A stretch of DNA of 64,000 bases. Source: the human T2T-CHM13v2.0 reference genome, Homo sapiens. Below are positions 20,749-39,202 of this stretch, in pieces (the first letter of the stretch is position 1; each line of letters starts with the position of its first letter). Below the pieces are notes generated by a model. The model did no database searches and was not told the DNA's origin. It saw only the letters and a list, made by a program, of their open reading frames with translations. Position numbers and translations under genes: made by a program. The DNA is taken from assembly GCF_009914755.1 (NCBI RefSeq), contig NC_060932.1. One strand, written 5' to 3'.

Positions 20749-22776
20749 ATGTTGCGAGCCACAGCTCCCTGCTGGTTCCCCCCTGGATACCCAGAAGCTA
20801 AGAAGGTGGCCGAGGAGGCGGCCCTGGAGGCAAGCCGCCATTTGGGAGGGGAGCAGAGCCAGGCCGGTGCTCCCGAAGGCAGCAAGATGTTGCGAGCCAC
20901 AGCTCCCTGCTGGTTCCGCCCTGGATACCCAGAAGCTAAGAAGGTGGCCAAGGAGGCGGCCCCGGAGGCAAGCCGCCATTTGGGAGCGGAGCAGAGCCCG
21001 GCCGGTGCTCCCGAAGGCAGCAAGATGTTGCGAGCCACAGCTCCCTGCTGGTTCCCACCTGGATACCCAGAAGCTAAGAAGGTGGCCGAGGAGGCGGCCC
21101 TCGAGGCTCCAGAATTCCCACTGCCCTCTCATCAGCCTGCCCAGAGCTTCGGGCTCTGGGTGCCCCAGATGCACAAGCAGGCCTCAGCATTTGTGGACAT
21201 CCAGGCGGAGCCCCAGAACAGGGGTCCGGCGGTGCCCCCAGCGTGGCCCAAGATGGTGACGGAGTCGTGCTACTTCCCTGCGCAGAGGGGATCGGCCTGC
21301 CGCTTGCCAGCCGCCCCAAGGCTGACAGAGAGGCCCTCGGGAGTCCGCATCTCAGCCCCCAGGAAGAGGAAGACGATCGCCCACTCTTCCAGCCCTTGCT
21401 TGGTCACAGGTTACACAGATGCCAAGAGAACCCGGGTGGCCAGCAGCAGCCAACGCTCCCGTGGCTCCAAGGTCGGCAGACAGCCAGGGAAGACGCGCAA
21501 CAGGTCAGGGATGGCATGCAAGACCACCGCCACCACCAGCTCTAAGCGAATCGTCCGTCGTGCATCCTTACCGAGTTTGAGTTTGAAGAAACCCATTATC
21601 CTCCGAAGCTCTGGGTGCCAAGTCCCCACCGTCCTCCGCCGAGGCTATCTCCAACTGTTCACCGAAGAGTGTCTCAAGTTCTGCGCCTCCAAGCAGGAGG
21701 CCGAGGAGAAGGCGCTGAACGAGGAGAAGGTGGCCTACGACTGCAGCCCCAACAAGAACAGGTACCTGAACGTGGTCCTGAACACCCTCAAGAGACTGAA
21801 GGGCCTGACCCCCAGCTCCATGCCCGGCCTCAGCAGGGCCGCCCTGTACAGCCGCCTCCAGGAGTTCCTGCTCACCCAGGACCAGCTCAAGGAGAACGGC
21901 TACCCCTTCCCGCACCCCGAGCGGCCCGGAGGCGCCGTCCTCTTCACTGGCCAGGGGAAGGGGCCCGGCGACTCCTCCTGCAGGGTCTGCTGCCGTTGTG
22001 GCACCGAGTACCTGGTGTCCTCCTCGGGCCGCTGTGTACGCGACCAGTTGTGTTATTATCACTGGGGGCGGGTCCGCTCGAGCCAGGTGGCTGGAGGCCG
22101 GGTTAGCCAGTACACCTGCTGTGCAGCTGCTCCTGGCTCTGTGGGCTGCCAGGTGGCAAAGCAGCACGTGCGGGACGGCCGCAAGGAGAGCCTCGATGGC
22201 TTCGTGGAGACCTTCAAGAAAGAGTTGTCCAGAGACGCTTATCCAGGAATCTACGCCTTGGACTGTGAGATGTGCTACACCACGCATGGCCTAGAGCTGA
22301 CCCGCGTCACCGTGGTGGACGCCGACATGCGAGTGGTGTACGACACCTTCGTCAAGCCCGACAACGAGATCGTGGACTACAACACCAGGTTTTCCGGAGT
22401 CACCGAGGCCGACGTCGCCAAGACGAGCATCACGTTGCCCCAAGTCCAAGCCATCCTGCTGAGCTTTTTCAGCGCCCAAACCATCCTCATCGGGCACAGC
22501 CTGGAGAGCGACCTGCTGGCCCTGAAGCTCATCCACAGCACCGTGGTGGACACGGCCGTGCTCTTCCCGCACTACCTGGGTTTCCCCTACAAGCGCTCCC
22601 TCAGGAATCTCGCGGCCGACTACCTGGCACAGATCATCCAGGACAGCCAGGACGGCCACAACTCCAGCGAGGACGCAAACGCCTGCCTGCAGCTGGTGAT
22701 GTGGAAGGTCCGACAGCGCGCCCAGATCCAGCCACGCCACCGGTCCGCCTCTCCCGCCGCCCTGGCCTGTCCTTAG
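20749..22776 (+). CDS. REXO1L1: REXO1-like exonuclease GOR, 675 aa (copy 2)
   Basis: Intact ORF, same as copy 1 except V66. Confidence 0.9.
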   Translation: MLRATAPCWFPPGYPEAKKVAEEAALEASRHLGGEQSQAGAPEGSKMLRATAPCWFRPGYPEAKKVAKEAAPEASRHLGAEQSPAGAPEGSKMLRATAPCWFPPGYPEAKKVAEEAALEAPEFPLPSHQPAQSFGLWVPQMHKQASAFVDIQAEPQNRGPAVPPAWPKMVTESCYFPAQRGSACRLPAAPRLTERPSGVRISAPRKRKTIAHSSSPCLVTGYTDAKRTRVASSSQRSRGSKVGRQPGKTRNRSGMACKTTATTSSKRIVRRASLPSLSLKKPIILRSSGCQVPTVLRRGYLQLFTEECLKFCASKQEAEEKALNEEKVAYDCSPNKNRYLNVVLNTLKRLKGLTPSSMPGLSRAALYSRLQEFLLTQDQLKENGYPFPHPERPGGAVLFTGQGKGPGDSSCRVCCRCGTEYLVSSSGRCVRDQLCYYHWGRVRSSQVAGGRVSQYTCCAAAPGSVGCQVAKQHVRDGRKESLDGFVETFKKELSRDAYPGIYALDCEMCYTTHGLELTRVTVVDADMRVVYDTFVKPDNEIVDYNTRFSGVTEADVAKTSITLPQVQAILLSFFSAQTILIGHSLESDLLALKLIHSTVVDTAVLFPHYLGFPYKRSLRNLAADYLAQIIQDSQDGHNSSEDANACLQLVMWKVRQRAQIQPRHRSASPAALACP

Positions 22777-23340
22777 CCCCAGGCCTCTTCCAAAACCGCC
22801 ATCAGTCCCGAGAGCTCACCCTGCCCACCTCGCCGCAAAGCGAAAGAAACTGGAGCAGCCGGCGGCAGGAGAGGGCAAAAAGCCAAGAGTAACCCCAACC
22901 CCCCACTCCCGGTCCCCCGGAATCCCTGCCGCGGCCCCTCGGGCCTGTCCACATCCCTCTGCCCCTCCCAGACCTCTGTCCTTCCACCAATCGCCTCCCG
23001 CAGCCCCGAGCCGCCACTCCCAGTCCCCCGAGTCCCTGCCGCGCGCCCTCGCGCCTGTCCACATCCCTCTGCCCATCCGAGACCTCTGTCCTTACACCAC
23101 TAGCCACCCCACGTGGGACTTCCATGGCTTCTGAGTACAAGGCCAGCCCCCCGGCCCACCAGCTTTCGGAATGTCTGCTTACCTCTTTTTCTGTAGAGGC
23201 ACCACAGGGAGGTGGGTGAAGCACTTCGGCTCTGGAGTTACAGATCTGGGTTCAAGGCCAAATTCCACCACTTACTAGGTTTGTAATATTGGACAGATAA
23301 CGTCTTTGCGCTTCTACCTTTTGGTCTTTAAAGTGTGATC

Positions 23341-26300
23341 AAAAGAGACTTAGACTCCCACATAGTAATAATAATAATAATGGCAAACTTAACACCCCAC
23401 TGTCAACATTAGACACACCAACGAGACAGAAAGTTAAAAAAGGATATCCGGGAATTGAGCTCAGCTCTGCACCAAGCGGACCTAGGAGACATGTACAGAA
23501 CGCTCCACCCCAAATCAACAGAATATACATTCTTCTCAGCACCACATCACACTTATTTCCACATTGACCACATAGTTGGAAGTAAAGCACTCCTCAGTAA
23601 AAGTAAAATAACAGAAATTATTACAAACGGTCTCTCAGACCACATTGCAATCACACTAGACCTCAGCATTGAGAAACTCACTCAAAACCGCACAACTGCA
23701 TGGAAACCGGACAAGCTGTTCCTGAATGAGTACTGGGTACATAACGAAATGAAGGCAGAAATAAAGATATTCTCTGAAAGCAATGAGAACAAAGACACAA
23801 CATACCAGAATCTCTGGGACACATTTTAAGCAGTGTGTAGAGGGAAATTTATAGCACTAAACGCCCACAAGGGAAAGCAGGAAAGATCAAAAATGCATAC
23901 CCTAACATCACCATTAAAAGGATGAGAGAAGCAAGAGCAAACACATTCAAAAGCTAGCAGAAGGCAAGAAATAACTAAGATCCGAGCAGAACTGAAGGAG
24001 ATAGAGACCCAAAAAACCCTTCAAAAAATCAATGAATCCAGGAGCGGGTTTTTTGAAACCATCAACAAAATTGATAGACCACTAGCAAGACTATTAAAGA
24101 ATGAAAGGAAGAAGAATCAAGCAGATGCAATAAAAAATGATAAAGGGGATATCACCACTGATCCCACAGAAGTACAAACTACCATGAGAGAATACTGTCA
24201 ACACCTCTAGGCAAACAAACTCGGAAATCTAGAAGAAATGAATAAATTCCTGGACACATGCAACCTCCCCAGAGTAAACCAGGAAGAAGTTGAATGCCTG
24301 AATAGACCAATAACAGGCTCTGAAATTGAGGCAATAATTAATAGCCTATCAAGCAATAAAACTCCAGGACCAGACGGATTCACAGCCGAATTCTACCAGA
24401 AGTACAAGGAGGAGCTGGTACCATTCCTTCGGAAACTATTCCAATCAACAGAAAAAGAGGGAATCCTCCCTATCTCATTTTATGAGGCCAGCATCATCCT
24501 GATCCCAAAGGCTGAGAGAGACACAACCAACAAAGAGAATTTTCGGCCCATATCCCTGAGGAACACCGATGGAAAAATCCTCCATAAAATGCTGGCAAAC
24601 CGAATCCAGCAGCACATCAAAGAGCTTATCCATTATGATCAAGTGGGCTTCATCCCTGACATGCAAGGCTGGTCCAACATATGCAAATCAATAAACATAA
24701 TCCAGCATATAATCGGAACCAAAGACAGAAACCGCGTGATTATCTCAACAGATGCAGAAAAGGCCTTTGACAAAATTCAACAGCCTTTCATGCCAAAAAC
24801 TCTCAATAAATTAGGTACTGATGGGACATACCTCAAAATAATAAGGGCTATTTAGGGCAAACCCACAGCCAATATCATACTGAATGGGCAAAAAGTGGAA
24901 GCATTCCCTTTGCAAACTGCCACAAGACAGGGGTGCCCTCTCTCACCACTCCTATTCAACATAGTGTTGGAACTTCTGGCCAGGGCAATCAGGCAGGAGA
25001 AAGAAATAAAGAGTAATCAATTAGGAAAAGAGGAAGTCAAATTGTCCCTGTTTGTAGATGACATGATTGAATATTTAGAAAACCCCATCGTCTCAGCCCA
25101 AAATCTCCTTAAGCTGATAAGCAACTTCAGCAAAGTCTCAGGATACAAAATCGATGTGCAAAACACACAAGCATTCTCATACACCAATAACAGGCAAACA
25201 GAGAGCCAAATCATGACTGAGCTCCCATTCACAATTGCTTCAAAGAGAATAAAATTCTGAGGAATCCAACTAACAAGGGATGCGATGTGCGAAGGACCTC
25301 TTCAAGGAGAACTACAAACCACTGCTCCACGAAATAAAAGAGGACACAAACCAATGGAAGAATATTCCATGCTCACGGTTAGGAAGAATCAGTATCGTGA
25401 AAATGGCCATACTGCCCAAGGTATATTATAGATCCAATGCCATCCCCATCAAGCTACCAAGGACTTTCTTCACAGAATTGGAAAAAACTACTTGAAAGTT
25501 TACATGGAACCACAAAAGGGCCCCCACTGCCAAGATAATCCTAAGCCAAAAGAACAAAGGTGGAGGCATCAAGCTACCCGACTTCAAACTACACTACAAG
25601 CCTACAGTAACCAAACAGCATGCTGTTGGTTGCCTTTTTGGTTACTGTAGACCAATGGAACAGAATAGAGCCCTCAGAAATAATACGACACGTCTACAAC
25701 CGTCGGATCTTTGACAAACCTGACAAAAACAAGAAATGGGGAAAGGATTCCCTATTTAATAAATGGTGCTGGGAAAACTGGCTAGCCATATGTCCGAAGG
25801 TGAAATTGGATCCCTTCCTTACACCTTATACAAAAGTTTATTCAAGACGGATGAAAGACTTAAATGTTACATCTTAAGCCATACAAACCCTAGGAGAAAA
25901 CCTAGGCAATACCATTCAGGACATAGGCATGGGCAAGGACCTCATGTCTAAAACGCCAAAAGCAAAGGCAACAAAAGCCAATATTGACAAACGGCATCTA
26001 ATTACACTAAAGAGTTTCTGCACAGCTAAAGAAACTCCCATCAGAGTGAACAGGCATGCTACAGAAAGGGAGAAAATTTTTGCAATCTACTCATCTGACA
26101 AAGGGCTAATATCCAGAATCTACTAAGAACTCAAACAGAGTTACAAGAAAAACCAAACAACCCCATCAACAAGTGCGGGAAGGATATGAAGAGACACTTC
26201 TAAAAAGAAGACATTTATGCAGCCAACAGACACATGAAAAAATGCTCATCAACACTGGTCATCAGAGAAATGCAAATCAAATCCGCAAAGAGATATCGTC

Positions 26301-27012
26301 TCACACCAGTTAGAATAGCGATCAATAAAAATGTCAGGAAACAACAGGTGCTGGAGAGGTAGTGGAGAAATAGGGACACTTTTACACTGCTGGTGGGACT
26401 GTAAACCAGTTCAGCGGTTGTGGAAGATAGTGTGGCGAATCCTCAAGGATCTAGAATTAGAAATACCATTTGACCCAGCCGTCCCATTACTGGGTATACA
26501 CCCATAGGACTATAAATCATGCTGCTAAAAGGACACACGCAGACGTATGTTTATTGCGGCACCGTTCACAGTAGCAAAGACTTGGAACCAGCCCAGATGT
26601 CCATCAATGATAGACTGGATTAAGGAAACGTGGCACAAATACACCGTGGAATACTATGCAGCCATAAAAAAGCATGTGTTCATGCCCTTCGGAGGGACAC
26701 GGATGAAGCTGGAAACCATCATTCTTAGCAAACTATCGCAAGGACAAAAAAAACAAACACCGCGTGATCCCACTCATAGGTGGGAATTGAACTAGGAGAA
26801 CACTTGGACGCAGAAAGGGGAACATCACACACCGGGGCCTGTCATGGGCGGGGGGAGGGGGAGGGATAACATTAAGAGATATACCTAATGTAAATGACTA
26901 GTGAATGGGTGCAGCACACCAACATGGCACGTGCTTACATACGTAATAAACCTGCACGTTGTGCACATGTACCCTAGTAATTAAAGTATAATTTAAAAAA
27001 AAATGGAAAACG
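23341..27012 (+). mobile_element. 5'-truncated L1PA (array copy)
   Basis: Same element at +12,190; extra stop at 23827-23829. Confidence 0.97.
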
Positions 27013-30000
27013 AAAGTGTGATCCTAATGTCATGGTGCGGACTGAATGAAGCAGCACATGGCAAGCCTTAAAACGATCGCACATAGTAGGTGTTCAATTA
27101 ATGTTAACTATATTTCTTTTCTATAATAGTTTATAAAGGGAATTCATGAACACTATGTGATTAATCCTTGGAACAACCCAACAGGTAGGTAAATAAAGCC
27201 TAATTTTATACCTAAAGAAACCATGCGGCTTAACTTGCCCAAAATAATAATGATTGTAATGAGCACTGGCTGTTGGTTTCTTATGTACTCGGTACTTTGC
27301 ACGTATTAACCCAGTCAGTCCTCCTAATAGTTGTGAGAGAGATAGCATTCTTATCCCCATTTTACAGATGAGGAACCTGAAGCCCAGGTGATAAGTAGTT
27401 TATCCAAGGTATCATAGCTAGAAGTCGGGTGCAGGCAGTCTGGCTCCAGAGCCCCTGCTCTGTCCGCTGACCTAGCTGACTTCCCAAGAGTCAAAGTGGA
27501 TTCTTCCCCAAGACCAACCAATTACAATGACTGAATCAGTCAGTCAACTTCGAACTGGGCTCCAAGAGAGTATGAACCATCATGCCTCTCTAAATCCTCA
27601 TTTCTAGTTTGAATCTTCAAGGAGAGATAGACACTAAGTAGCTAGTTTTGCTGGAATGGCTGATTTTATCAATGTTTTCGGTGTGTGAGTGTGTGTGTGT
27701 GTATATATATAGAACTAAATTAAACTGATAATTTGAATGCTTACACTTCCATTAGTTCAATTTGTGTATGTGAGCCCTCACACACATACATACACACACA
27801 CAAACTGTTCCAGAACAGTGACTTAGTGAAAAACTGGATTTCCACTCTGTCAGACAAATTTCGGAAAGCACTGAAGTAGGGCATTTCTGATTGATTTTAC
27901 CGTTCCCGGAATTTTATTTTCCTTTATCACTTAGACCCCTTCTGTGGGGATTTAATAAATAAACGTCTTTTGTAGTGTATGTTATTTCATTTTATTTTTA
28001 TAATTTATATGAATTTTAATTTTAACTTGACAAATAAAAATTATATATATTTATGGCATACAACATGATGTTTCATACGTGTATACATTGTGGAATGACA
28101 AAATCAAGCTAATTAACACACTCGTTTCCTCACATACTGATTTTAATGTGATGAGGACATGTCTAAAATCTACTCTTATAGCAATTTTCAAGTATACAAT
28201 ACATACTTATACACTGTAGATGCCAGGCTGTTCAATAGATCTCTAGAACCATTCCTCTCTGAAATTTTGTATCATGAGACTATCATCTCTCCAGTCCCTC
28301 CCTGACCCCTGCCTCGGGTAACCACCGTTCTGCTCTCTACAGCTATGAGTTGCATTGTTTGAGATTACACATATAAGTGAGATCATGCAGTATTTGTCTT
28401 TTTGTGCTTGCTTTTTAAATCTTTATTATGTAATTATTTATTTTTTGAGACAGGGTCTCAGTCTGTCACCCAGGCTGGAGTACAGTGACACAAACACGGC
28501 TCACTCACCACGGCCTCCACCTCCCGGGGTCGAGAGTTCCTCCCGCTTCAGCCTCCTGAATAGCTAGGACTACAGGCGTCCAACGCCACACTTGGCTAAT
28601 TTTTGTGTTTCTTTTAGAGATGGGGTTTCACCATGTTGCCCAGGTTCATCTCCAACTCCTGGGCTCAACGCTTCCACCTGCCTTGGCCTCCCAAAGTACT
28701 GGGATTACAGGCATGAGCCACCGTGCCTGGCCTTTGCTTTCTTTCACTCAGTGTACCATCCTCTAGGCTCATTCGTGTTGCCAATGAGATGATTTCTTTC
28801 TTTTTTAAGGCTGAATTGTGTTCTATTGGGTATATGTACCGCTTTTCTTTTTATGTTTAATTTTTTTTGGTTTTTTGAGACAGAGTTTCGCTCGCGTCGC
28901 CCAGGCTGGAGTGCAGTGGCGTGATTTCGAGTCACTACAACCTCTGCCTCCCAGGTTGAAGTGATTCTCCTGCCTCACCTGAGATTAGAGGCATGTACCG
29001 GCATGTCCGGCTAATTTTGTGTTTCTAGTAGAGATGGGGTTTCACCATGTTGGCCAGGCTGGTCTTGAACTCCAACAATTCTAATTCAACTAATTTATTT
29101 TATAGAAATATTTATGTGTGAGAAACAATATTTCCAAGAGTCAAAGATTTAAAACTGCTTAATTGTACATCACTAAGTGGCTGGCTAATAAATTATAGTA
29201 CGTTCATCCTTACGGAAGAATACTTTGCAGCTAAAACAGAACGAAAGAGAGGAAACTCTTCAAAATGTTAACTGGGAATGACGTTCAAGACTTATTGTTA
29301 AATAAAACAAATTGAGAAGAAGAGTCGTTTATTGGTACTAAATTTGTGTCAGTAAAAATGGATTCTATACGTGGGATGGTTTATAAGTATGTGGAAAAAT
29401 TCTTTGATGGTTTTTCCTTGAAAAAGTGAAACCTAAATCCACTCCGTTTGGATGTGGGCCTATTTACGGTTGTTGCTTCCTAAACATAAACTACGTTTAG
29501 GCTGATATTTCAGACAATGAAACCTTTGAGTGCCCGTAGCGGGAAGATCTCGGTTGCTGAGTGCAGGGAAGGAGGATGTAATTCCATCATATATACTCTC
29601 TGTGCCTATCGCATTTGGAACCATGCGAGTGATACCTATTTATAAAATAAAATAAACCAAGCAAAAGTACGAACTTAGCAACACTACATTGAGTTAATAG
29701 AACGGTATCTTGTATTTCTTCTGTCCAGGTATACTTATAAATGCCTGCAGGGATTTCACCACCTCAGGGTGGAGAGACTGAATGCTTGTGAGGGAATTAG
29801 GATGGTGGAATATTGGTGTTACCAGGGAAGGGGGCGGGATGTTTGAAAATGCTATGTTTACTCGTTCTTGGGTTCCAATAAAGGAGAAACAGGGCACAGG
29901 AGTCGGAAGGACTAGTGGCAATAGTGATGAAAGGACCTCCTTATCATGCTGGCAATGTTAATTACCCAGGTGTAGGAAGCCATACACTGAGGCGGAAGAT

Positions 30001-31514
30001 CGCAAGTCAGAGTGGCCGGCAGGCACAACCTCCTGGCACACCAGAGGCAGGTCTTCAATACCCACTGGTTTCCCCAACAGGCTGCGTAAGGGACCCTGAG
30101 CCACAGTGAGTTGGTCAAATGCTCCTGACAGTGTGGAGAAACCAACAGGCAAAACGTGGGTGCAAAAGTGATGAGACCCCACACTTTACACTCGTGGTGA
30201 CAATGAAGCTATTAAGTAACAGCTTCTCAACCTATGCTGTTTCCTGTTGGATGCACATAATCCATTTGCACTGCAGACAATTTTAGGATGTGGTTTACAG
30301 TAAGGTGGATGGTACCTTATGGCAAAAATCTCTCAGAAATTTATGTGTGGTTTTAAAGTCATTCCAGTCCTAGCACGTTGCGCTTTTCAGAGACGCCATA
30401 GCTGTTTTTCCCTTTGTAATATCAAAGCAGTAATATCTTCTCTGGAGGCCTGTTGGGTGAATTTAATGGAATCAAGTTAAGTAGGTGCCAGAACCATTGC
30501 TGTTTTCCCTCCATAGCCCTGCCACCCACTGTAAAAAGGTTGATGAGATTACTTAATGATTTCCAATTAAGTTGTATTTCCAAATATCATGATTTCCATT
30601 TTAATGTAGTTGGTATGGAGCTCTGTGAGTGTGTGCTTCTTTTATTATGGATCACGTTCAGCTTCTTTTTATTTGCCTCCTAGTCATAATAGTAAAACTC
30701 TACTCCTCTACTCCGAGGAGTCCCTACCACCCATCTCATCACTTTCCAGCCCAGCACTCTTCATGCTCATTCCTTTAAAGCATTCAACATTGTGTAAATG
30801 AATCTTGGAAGGCAAAAGCTACTGAATTTAGCGAATTTGTGGAGGCATTGCCACAAATCAGCCAGGTGAAGTTTCACACAATCGAAGACTGCACAACTCC
30901 TAGAAGGCAGCACTATGCTGCAAACCCAGACGGCCACTCTTCTCACCCCTCGTCCGTTTGCTGTTCTGGATAATGAGGTTCAAAAGTCACCTAGGCAACT
31001 GCCAAAATAGCTGAAATGGAGAAAGGGCTTCAGGCTGGTGACTAGCAGAGGTCCACCTGACCCCCGTAAGCTGCTGAACAAGTAGGGCTGCCAGAAATGT
31101 CCCACTAGGGAATTTGGTAGAGACGAAGACATGCTCACCGGACAAGGGTTCCTCCCAGGATACGCCCGAGCGGAAGAAGCGGGCTCTGAGCCACGCCCTT
31201 TCACCCTCCTCTACCCCGCCCTGGGCTGGTGAAGGTGCGCGCCAGGATGTGGACTACTGAGCCCTGAAGAAATAAGTCCTTCCACTTTGACCCCATGGAG
31301 GATTGCCTGTGAGGAACTTAAACGAGTCTACCAGTGTCTAGACACGGGGGCAGGTCTGTCCGGCACAGCAGCTCCCTCAAGGAGGAGAAGAGTGAGGAGA
31401 AAGGAAACTCAAGTCTCACCATTCTGTCCTGGGAGAGAAGAGGATGATCTCATCTCTCATCTGTCCAAACAAGGCAAGGAGACTTTCTCTCATCTTTCCA
31501 AGCAAGGCAAGGAG

Positions 31515-32400
31515 ACTTTTTATCATTAGGAAACAAAAAGAATTTAGAAGGAATGAAAGCAGCCCGTAAGGTGAATTCCTAAGGACTGCCCATTGAAACT
31601 GACAAAATTGCCCTTGTTTGATGAGAGGAATGAGCAGAGCATTGATGTGGTGAACAAGGATCTAGTGAGACTTTCCCAGCATGTTTCTACCAAAGCTTTA
31701 TCTAAGCTTCTCAGAACACTCTCCTAATAAGCAGATGTTTGGCCTTTCAGAAAGTCAACAAGCAAAATGCCTTGAGTGTCCCAAAACACTGATGCCATGA
31801 TGTGGGCTCCTGACTGGCCTCCTTTTCCTTTGACTGGACCACTGCCACCTCTTGGTAGCCATCGCTTTCATGATGCTTTGCCTTGGAGATCATATTGGTG
31901 AAGCCATGTTCCAACTGCCGCTTACAATTTGTCAGAGGGATGCGTCAGGATCGTGATCCCTCCTGTTTAAAATTTCCACTGATAGCTCTCGTCGTAACTG
32001 CAGCTGATCTGGGCACAGTGGTTTTCACAGCCACTGCAGGATTCATCTTCCACATCTTCTCACCTCTTCTTGAAACAAGCTATACATTCGTAAAGAGTTC
32101 ATTTCTTTGGGGTAGTGTCCTTACAAGCTTTTCTTAAAACGTCAATGATTTCTTCAATCTTCCACCCAAGCTTCACCATAAATTTGATGTTTCCTCTTGC
32201 TGCAATTTTCGTGGAATTCATGTTGCTCTGATGAGAGTCCTTTTCAGTGGATGTCTCATCCTTCTTAGTGCCTCAAACTAGATCTAGTTCAGAAAGGTTA
32301 TCAGAAGTTAGGACAAGTTTATTTTAGTGCAAACCAGTGGAAATCCATGCATAGTTTCTTCACCATGTGCATTTTCTATGAACCTTTGGAAGACCACCTG
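31515..32400 (-). mobile_element. HSMAR2 remnant (array copy)
   Basis: Same sequence. Confidence 0.88.
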
Positions 32401-32938
32401 TGTTGAACATTGCCCAAGTCCTGGGAGAGAAGTGGGTGCGGTCCGCTTCCTGTCCTCAATTTGCCCGCAGCGGCGGAGTGCACAGAGCAGGGAAAGGCAG
32501 CCCCAGAGGGATCCCGCCCTCCAGCATGCAGCAGACTGCTGGCCCAGTCCTGGCTCCAAGGGGTGCTGTGTGGGCCCAAGCAAGTTGACCAACCTCCCTG
32601 AACCTTAATTTAATCCTAGGTAGCCCAATTCCAGTAGCCATTATAGGACTGCCCTGCAGGGACAGTTACTTAACTCAGGAAAAGCAACCTAGCTCCAAGT
32701 TTAGCAACCGGGAGTTCCAGTTGATTCCATTAGCGCACCCCCCGAGGCATTCCCAAGCTGGAGTCTGGTGGAAGATGAGGCTCAGTGTGATTGGACTGAA
32801 GCACCAACCTATCAAGGAGAAGTCCCACCCAGTCTGCCCTGTGCCTATATAAAGGCGACAAGTGGCGGCCGCAGCACTCATTGAAGCCGCCATTTGGGAG
32901 AGGAGCAGAGCCAGGCCGGTGCTCCCGAAGGCAGCAAG

Positions 32939-34966
32939 ATGTTGCGAGCCACAGCTCCCTGCTGGTTCCCCCCTGGATACCCAGAAGCTAAGAAGGTGGC
33001 CGAGGAGGCGGCCCTGGAGGCAAGCCGCCATTTGGGAGGGGAGCAGAGCCAGGCCGGTGCTCCCGAAGGCAGCAAGATGTTGCGAGCCACAGCTCCCTGC
33101 TGGTTCCGCCCTGGATACCCAGAAGCTAAGAAGGTGGCCAAGGAGGCGGCCCCGGAGGCAAGCCGCCATTTGGGAGCGGAGCAGAGCCCGGCCGGTGCTC
33201 CCGAAGGCAGCAAGATGTTGCGAGCCACAGCTCCCTGCTGGTTCCCACCTGGATACCCAGAAGCTAAGAAGGTGGCCGAGGAGGCGGCCCTCGAGGCTCC
33301 GGAATTCCCACTGCCCTCTCATCAGCCTGCCCAGAGCTTCGGGCTCTGGGTGCCCCAGATGCACAAGCAGGCCTCAGCATTTGTGGACATCCAGGCGGAG
33401 CCCCAGAACAGGGGTCCGGCGGTGCCCCCAGCGTGGCCCAAGATGGTGACGGAGTCGTGCTACTTCCCTGCGCAGAGGGGATCGGCCTGCCGCTTGCCAG
33501 CCGCCCCAAGGCTGACAGAGAGGCCCTCGGGAGTCCGCATCTCAGCCCCCAGGAAGAGGAAGACGATCGCCCACTCTTCCAGCCCTTGCTTGGTCACAGG
33601 TTACACAGATGCCAAGAGAACCCGGGTGGCCAGCAGCAGCCAACGCTCCCGTGGCTCCAAGGTCGGCAGACAGCCAGGGAAGACGCGCAACAGGTCAGGG
33701 ATGGCATGCAAGACCACCGCCACCACCAGCTCTAAGCGAATCGTCCGTCGTGCATCCTTACCGAGTTTGAGTTTGAAGAAACCCATTATCCTCCGAAGCT
33801 CTGGGTGCCAAGTCCCCACCGTCCTCCGCCGAGGCTATCTCCAACTGTTCACCGAAGAGTGTCTCAAGTTCTGCGCCTCCAAGCAGGAGGCCGAGGAGAA
33901 GGCGCTGAACGAGGAGAAGGTGGCCTACGACTGCAGCCCCAACAAGAACAGGTACCTGAACGTGGTCCTGAACACCCTCAAGAGACTGAAGGGCCTGACC
34001 CCCAGCTCCATGCCCGGCCTCAGCAGGGCCGCCCTGTACAGCCGCCTCCAGGAGTTCCTGCTCACCCAGGACCAGCTCAAGGAGAACGGCTACCCCTTCC
34101 CGCACCCCGAGCGGCCCGGAGGCGCCGTCCTCTTCACTGGCCAGGGGAAGGGGCCCGGCGACTCCTCCTGCAGGGTCTGCTGCCGTTGTGGCACCGAGTA
34201 CCTGGTGTCCTCCTCGGGCCGCTGTGTACGCGACCAGTTGTGTTATTATCACTGGGGGCGGGTCCGCTCGAGCCAGGTGGCTGGAGGCCGGGTTAGCCAG
34301 TACACCTGCTGTGCAGCTGCTCCTGGCTCTGTGGGCTGCCAGGTGGCAAAGCAGCACGTGCGGGACGGCCGCAAGGAGAGCCTCGATGGCTTCGTGGAGA
34401 CCTTCAAGAAAGAGTTGTCCAGAGACGCTTATCCAGGAATCTACGCCTTGGACTGTGAGATGTGCTACACCACGCATGGCCTAGAGCTGACCCGCGTCAC
34501 CGTGGTGGACGCCGACATGCGAGTGGTGTACGACACCTTCGTCAAGCCCGACAACGAGATCGTGGACTACAACACCAGGTTTTCCGGAGTCACCGAGGCC
34601 GACGTCGCCAAGACGAGCATCACGTTGCCCCTAGTCCAAGCCATCCTGCTGAGCTTTTTCAGCGCCCAAACCATCCTCATCGGGCACAGCCTGGAGAGCG
34701 ACCTGCTGGCCCTGAAGCTCATCCACAGCACCGTGGTGGACACGGCCGTGCTCTTCCCGCACTACCTGGGTTTCCCCTACAAGCGCTCCCTCAGGAATCT
34801 CGCGGCCGACTACCTGGCACAGATCATCCAGGACAGCCAGGACGGCCACAACTCCAGCGAGGACGCAAACGCCTGCCTGCAGCTGGTGATGTGGAAGGTC
34901 CGACAGCGCGCCCAGATCCAGCCACGCCACCGGTCCGCCTCTCCCGCCGCCCTGGCCTGTCCTTAG
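32939..34966 (+). CDS. REXO1L1: REXO1-like exonuclease GOR, 675 aa (copy 3; Q565L)
   Basis: Intact ORF; CAA>CTA at 34632. Confidence 0.9.
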   Translation: MLRATAPCWFPPGYPEAKKVAEEAALEASRHLGGEQSQAGAPEGSKMLRATAPCWFRPGYPEAKKVAKEAAPEASRHLGAEQSPAGAPEGSKMLRATAPCWFPPGYPEAKKVAEEAALEAPEFPLPSHQPAQSFGLWVPQMHKQASAFVDIQAEPQNRGPAVPPAWPKMVTESCYFPAQRGSACRLPAAPRLTERPSGVRISAPRKRKTIAHSSSPCLVTGYTDAKRTRVASSSQRSRGSKVGRQPGKTRNRSGMACKTTATTSSKRIVRRASLPSLSLKKPIILRSSGCQVPTVLRRGYLQLFTEECLKFCASKQEAEEKALNEEKVAYDCSPNKNRYLNVVLNTLKRLKGLTPSSMPGLSRAALYSRLQEFLLTQDQLKENGYPFPHPERPGGAVLFTGQGKGPGDSSCRVCCRCGTEYLVSSSGRCVRDQLCYYHWGRVRSSQVAGGRVSQYTCCAAAPGSVGCQVAKQHVRDGRKESLDGFVETFKKELSRDAYPGIYALDCEMCYTTHGLELTRVTVVDADMRVVYDTFVKPDNEIVDYNTRFSGVTEADVAKTSITLPLVQAILLSFFSAQTILIGHSLESDLLALKLIHSTVVDTAVLFPHYLGFPYKRSLRNLAADYLAQIIQDSQDGHNSSEDANACLQLVMWKVRQRAQIQPRHRSASPAALACP

Positions 34967-35530
34967 CCCCAGGCCTCTTCCAAAACCGCCATCAGTCCCG
35001 AGAGCTCACCCTGCCCACCTCGCCGCAAAGCGAAAGAAACTGGAGCAGCCGGCGGCAGGAGAGGGCAAAAAGCCAAGAGTAACCCCAACCCCCCACTCCC
35101 GGTCCCCCGGAATCCCTGCCGCGGCCCCTCGGGCCTGTCCACATCCCTCTGCCCCTCCCAGACCTCTGTCCTTCCACCAATCGCCTCCCGCAGCCCCGAG
35201 CCGCCACTCCCAGTCCCCCGAGTCCCTGCCGCGCGCCCTCGCGCCTGTCCACATCCCTCTGCCCATCCGAGACCTCTGTCCTTACACCACTAGCCACCCC
35301 ACGTGGGACTTCCATGGCTTCTGAGTACAAGGCCAGCCCCCCGGCCCACCAGCTTTCGGAATGCCTGCTTACCTCTTTTTCTGTAGAGGCACCACAGGGA
35401 GGTGGGTGAAGCACTTCGGCTCTGGAGTTACAGATCTGGGTTCAAGGCCAAATTCCACCACTTACTAGGTTTGTAATATTGGACAGATAACGTCTTTGCG
35501 CTTCTACCTTTTGGTCTTTAAAGTGTGATC

Positions 35531-39202
<3,672 letters not shown>
